64,000 nucleotides of DNA from Vicugna vicugna (taxonomy: Eukaryota), in contig MU061464.1 of NCBI GenBank assembly GCA_013265495.1, forward strand, positions 310,001-374,000, written 5' to 3'. Under the pieces are notes generated by a model that saw nothing but the letters and a program-made list of their open reading frames with translations, did no database searches and had not been told where the DNA came from. The position numbers were made by a program, and so were the translations under genes. Shown one piece after another: positions 61,625 to 64,000 of the stretch. The number at the start of each line of letters is the position of its first letter. The first letter of the stretch is position 1.

Positions 61625-62236
61625 GGTCTCCTCGTGGGCCGTGAGGCTTGTGCTCTCTGCCTCCGTCTGCTGATGCCATGCTCACCGCACTCGGCCCCTC
61701 CCAGCTGAGGCACGGCCCCCCTCTCCGGGCCAGTCCTTGACCCTCACCCTCCCCTCCGCCCACCGCCCGCTCCGTGTCGCCCTCCCCAGGCCCAGGAGGT
61801 CACGCGCGCGTGGTGTGACTGCCTTCTAAAGGCCAGTTTCATGTTCCTGTGAATTTGTACTGCTCTCTGTTGCCTCCTGAGTAAAACCAAACTCTGGAAT
61901 CCAGCGTTGTCCTCGGAAATCTAGCCAACCCTTAACCTTTGCCTTTATTTTGTGTGACGCGCAGTACGAGTTGTTTGCTGCAGTCACACCAGGCATCTTG
62001 ACCTGAGGCATCCGGCGGGCTCAGCGTCGCCTCTGCGACCTTGCGTGTGCTGGTCTCCGCACAGCGTTGTTTATGCTCTAAGGTGCGCGTGTACGTGTGT
62101 GTGTGTGTCGGTGGTCATGAAAGAAACATGAGGGCCCAGAAACACACCTTTCATCTAACACATGAGGAGGAACTTCCCTTCTTGGCACACATCTCTCCGC
62201 CTCCCGTCTCGTCTCTGCCTTGATGATCACTCTTCT

Positions 62237-62275
62237 TTTTTTTTTTTTTTAACATTTTTTATTGATTTATAATCA
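62237..62275 (-). mobile_element. 39-bp retroposon 3' stub (L1-type) with 16-bp TSD
   Basis: The reverse complement reads tgattataaatcAATAAAaaatgtt followed by poly-A. Flanked by tgatgatcactcttct (62221-62236) and tgatggtcactcttct (62276-62291). Confidence 0.85.
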
Positions 62276-63042
62276 TGATGGTCACTCTTCTGACAGTGCT
62301 GGGATGCATCCCCTTCCTGGGGGTCACTGCCGCCCGGCAGGGGGGGTACCAGGGCGTCAGACTGCAGAGGAAGGGGATTTGGAAGGGCAGGAGGCAAAGA
62401 GTTTCCAGCTGACGTGCGCTAGGAAGCGTTTTTCTAGACCCCTCAGAGAATCCTCCTTTTGCTGTTGCTGGATTCACCGTCTCTCTGTGGAGTAAATGCA
62501 TCCTGCTTAGGCGTGAGGGCAGGGCACCGTCTGTCTCTGCTGGGGACCGCAGCTCCTCAGACCAAGGCTTCGGACCACAGGCTGTGGAGGCGGAACTGGC
62601 AGGAGTCCCCTCCTTCAGGCGTCGCCAGGGGCTTCTTGGACACGTGGGCAGATGCGGTGTTGCTTGGTCCTCACGGCTGAAATCACGCTGATTGTTGGGC
62701 TGTGTGGCCTCGCTGACTTCGTCCTTCCCTCCGTCCCTCTGCCTCGGAGGGCAAGCTGAGAGGGACATTAGTGGGGAGCTCTGTTCTGTGTCGCTCTCCC
62801 CCCAGTGAATTTCGTTCATCTTTCGCGTTCTCTCCCACCTTCTGGAGCCTGGTGCCTCACCGCCGGCAGGTGGGAGCATCTCAGATATCCCAGGATCCTC
62901 TCTTCTTGCCAATTCGTTCCTTCTCCGAAGAGTGGGAGACACAGCCCTTACTCCAGAGGCCTGGGCCGCCGGCCTTTGTAGCTGCCGAGGGCGCGGCCCT
63001 CAGAGTCAGGGTTTCCTTTTTGGTCTGAGTTTCTTCTTAAAG

Positions 63043-63117
63043 GTGCACGATGTGGGGCGGGGGGCTCTGGTAGCGCTGGGCTAGCTCACCCAGTAAAACT
63101 TCTCCTTGTTCAGTAAG
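63043..63117 (+). other. Candidate non-coding cassette exon
   Basis: Acceptor tttcttcttaaAG (63041-63042); perfect donor AAG|GTAAGT (GT 63118). Confidence 0.3.
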
Positions 63118-63379
63118 GTAAGTGCTCCTTAAATCATGGCGACGATTAAAAGGCTGCGTTCACTTACAGAGACAGCGTCTTTATAGAATCCTTACAGCGA
63201 TCGGCTGGTAACAAGTGATTCAAAACGGGCGGAGGAGGAAACATCTTCCCTGGTGTTGTCTTGAAACATACGGCATGTTCGCAGCCCACAAACCGACAGC
63301 AACGCAGCTCATTTAGTAAAAGGGGAAAATGCTCGTCAGGTTAAGCAGGTCGAGTACAAATGTGCGTATGCAGTTATGA

Positions 63380-63570
63380 TAGCTTCAGTGTAAAACGAAA
63401 CCCACACGTGTATTCATAGCAGAAAGTGGAGGCGAAACACCGCAGGTGATGCAGCGGTCGGGAGATTACCTGCTTTGTTTCGTTTCTTCCTCTTCCCTCT
63501 CTGTCTGTATTCTCCGGTTCCTCTTTGTGGAGTGTTACTAACTTTATAATCAAAAAGTCACTTTTAAAAA
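63380..63570 (+). mobile_element. L1ME-like 3' end
   Basis: gcagaaagtggaggcgaaacacc...ctgtattctccgg...gtgttactaactttataatcaaaaag...ttttaaaaa. Confidence 0.6.
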
Positions 63571-63799
63571 GTTATGACAGGCGTGTGCCAATTTGGTGTT
63601 TAATTACTTAAACATTTTGAGAGAAGAAAAACGGGGAAAAGCACGTGGCATAAACTGTAGAATAGTTGATTAAATGAGCCTGTTGAGTATAGTGACTGTT
63701 CCCTCGTGGGCAGAAACGCGGGAGCCTCAGATACCTGGGCAACTTACCAAGAAGCAAAGTAAGTCACCTGGTTAAATTAATTAACGTATAGAAAGTGCT

Positions 63800-63925
63800 C
63801 CAAGCAACACGTGGGACACGGTAAGTTGGTTATTTTCTCTGTTGTTATTTTCACCACTACCACCCCTGGATACTAGCACATTTTGTAACACCTTGAATAG
63901 GTCACAATACTCACTGAATGCCTGG
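63800..63925 (+). mobile_element. L2 3' end
   Basis: ccactaccacccctggatactagcaca...taggtcacaatactcactgaatg. Confidence 0.5.
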
Positions 63926-64000
63926 CGAGTTAGTGTCCCCAGGCCCTTCACGACGCTGGTTCATCTAGCAGTTGTGTTGGCGGGACGCGGTGCGGCAGGC

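Noticed and set aside
27560-64000. PRRC2B as the downstream gene (I recall it also has two upstream CpG-island starts)
   Set aside because: No exon encoding its MSDRLGQ N-terminus was found in the window, and the exon-1 sequence fits my RREB1 recollection better. It is not formally excluded without BLAST.
1-64000. CRISPR array, prokaryotic operon, rRNA or intact transposon/ERV
   Set aside because: No regularly spaced repeat-spacer array, no gene-dense coding, and no paired LTRs or long intact TE ORFs were seen.

Overview
Mammalian genomic DNA, most likely camelid, judged from two tRNA-Ala-derived SINEs with the camelid-type A-rich tail. I find no supportable protein-coding exon; the long ORFs are GC-rich or repeat-derived noise. 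Two CpG-island promoters face + about 20 kb apart (~7.3-8.7 kb and ~27.3-28.1 kb). The first appears to drive a spliced, probably non-coding transcript (exon 1 donor at 8217; candidate AU-rich terminal exon ~22873-23620 with AATAAA) ending about 4 kb before the second promoter. The second has up to three alternative non-coding first exons, a strong-Kozak 3-codon uORF and a 25-N assembly gap, followed by a >36 kb intron. From memory its exon resembles the RREB1 5'UTR; this is tentative and unverified. The rest is MIR, L2, L1 and hAT (MER) fossils. Notable details: a CR1/L3 reverse-transcriptase fossil, a 114-bp 96%-identical local duplication, a 39-bp retroposon stub with a 16-bp TSD, an NF-kB site cluster, two CRE-plus-donor units, and apparent AT-to-GC drift in old repeats. 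Repeat families were assigned by eye from remembered consensus sequences and their boundaries are approximate.
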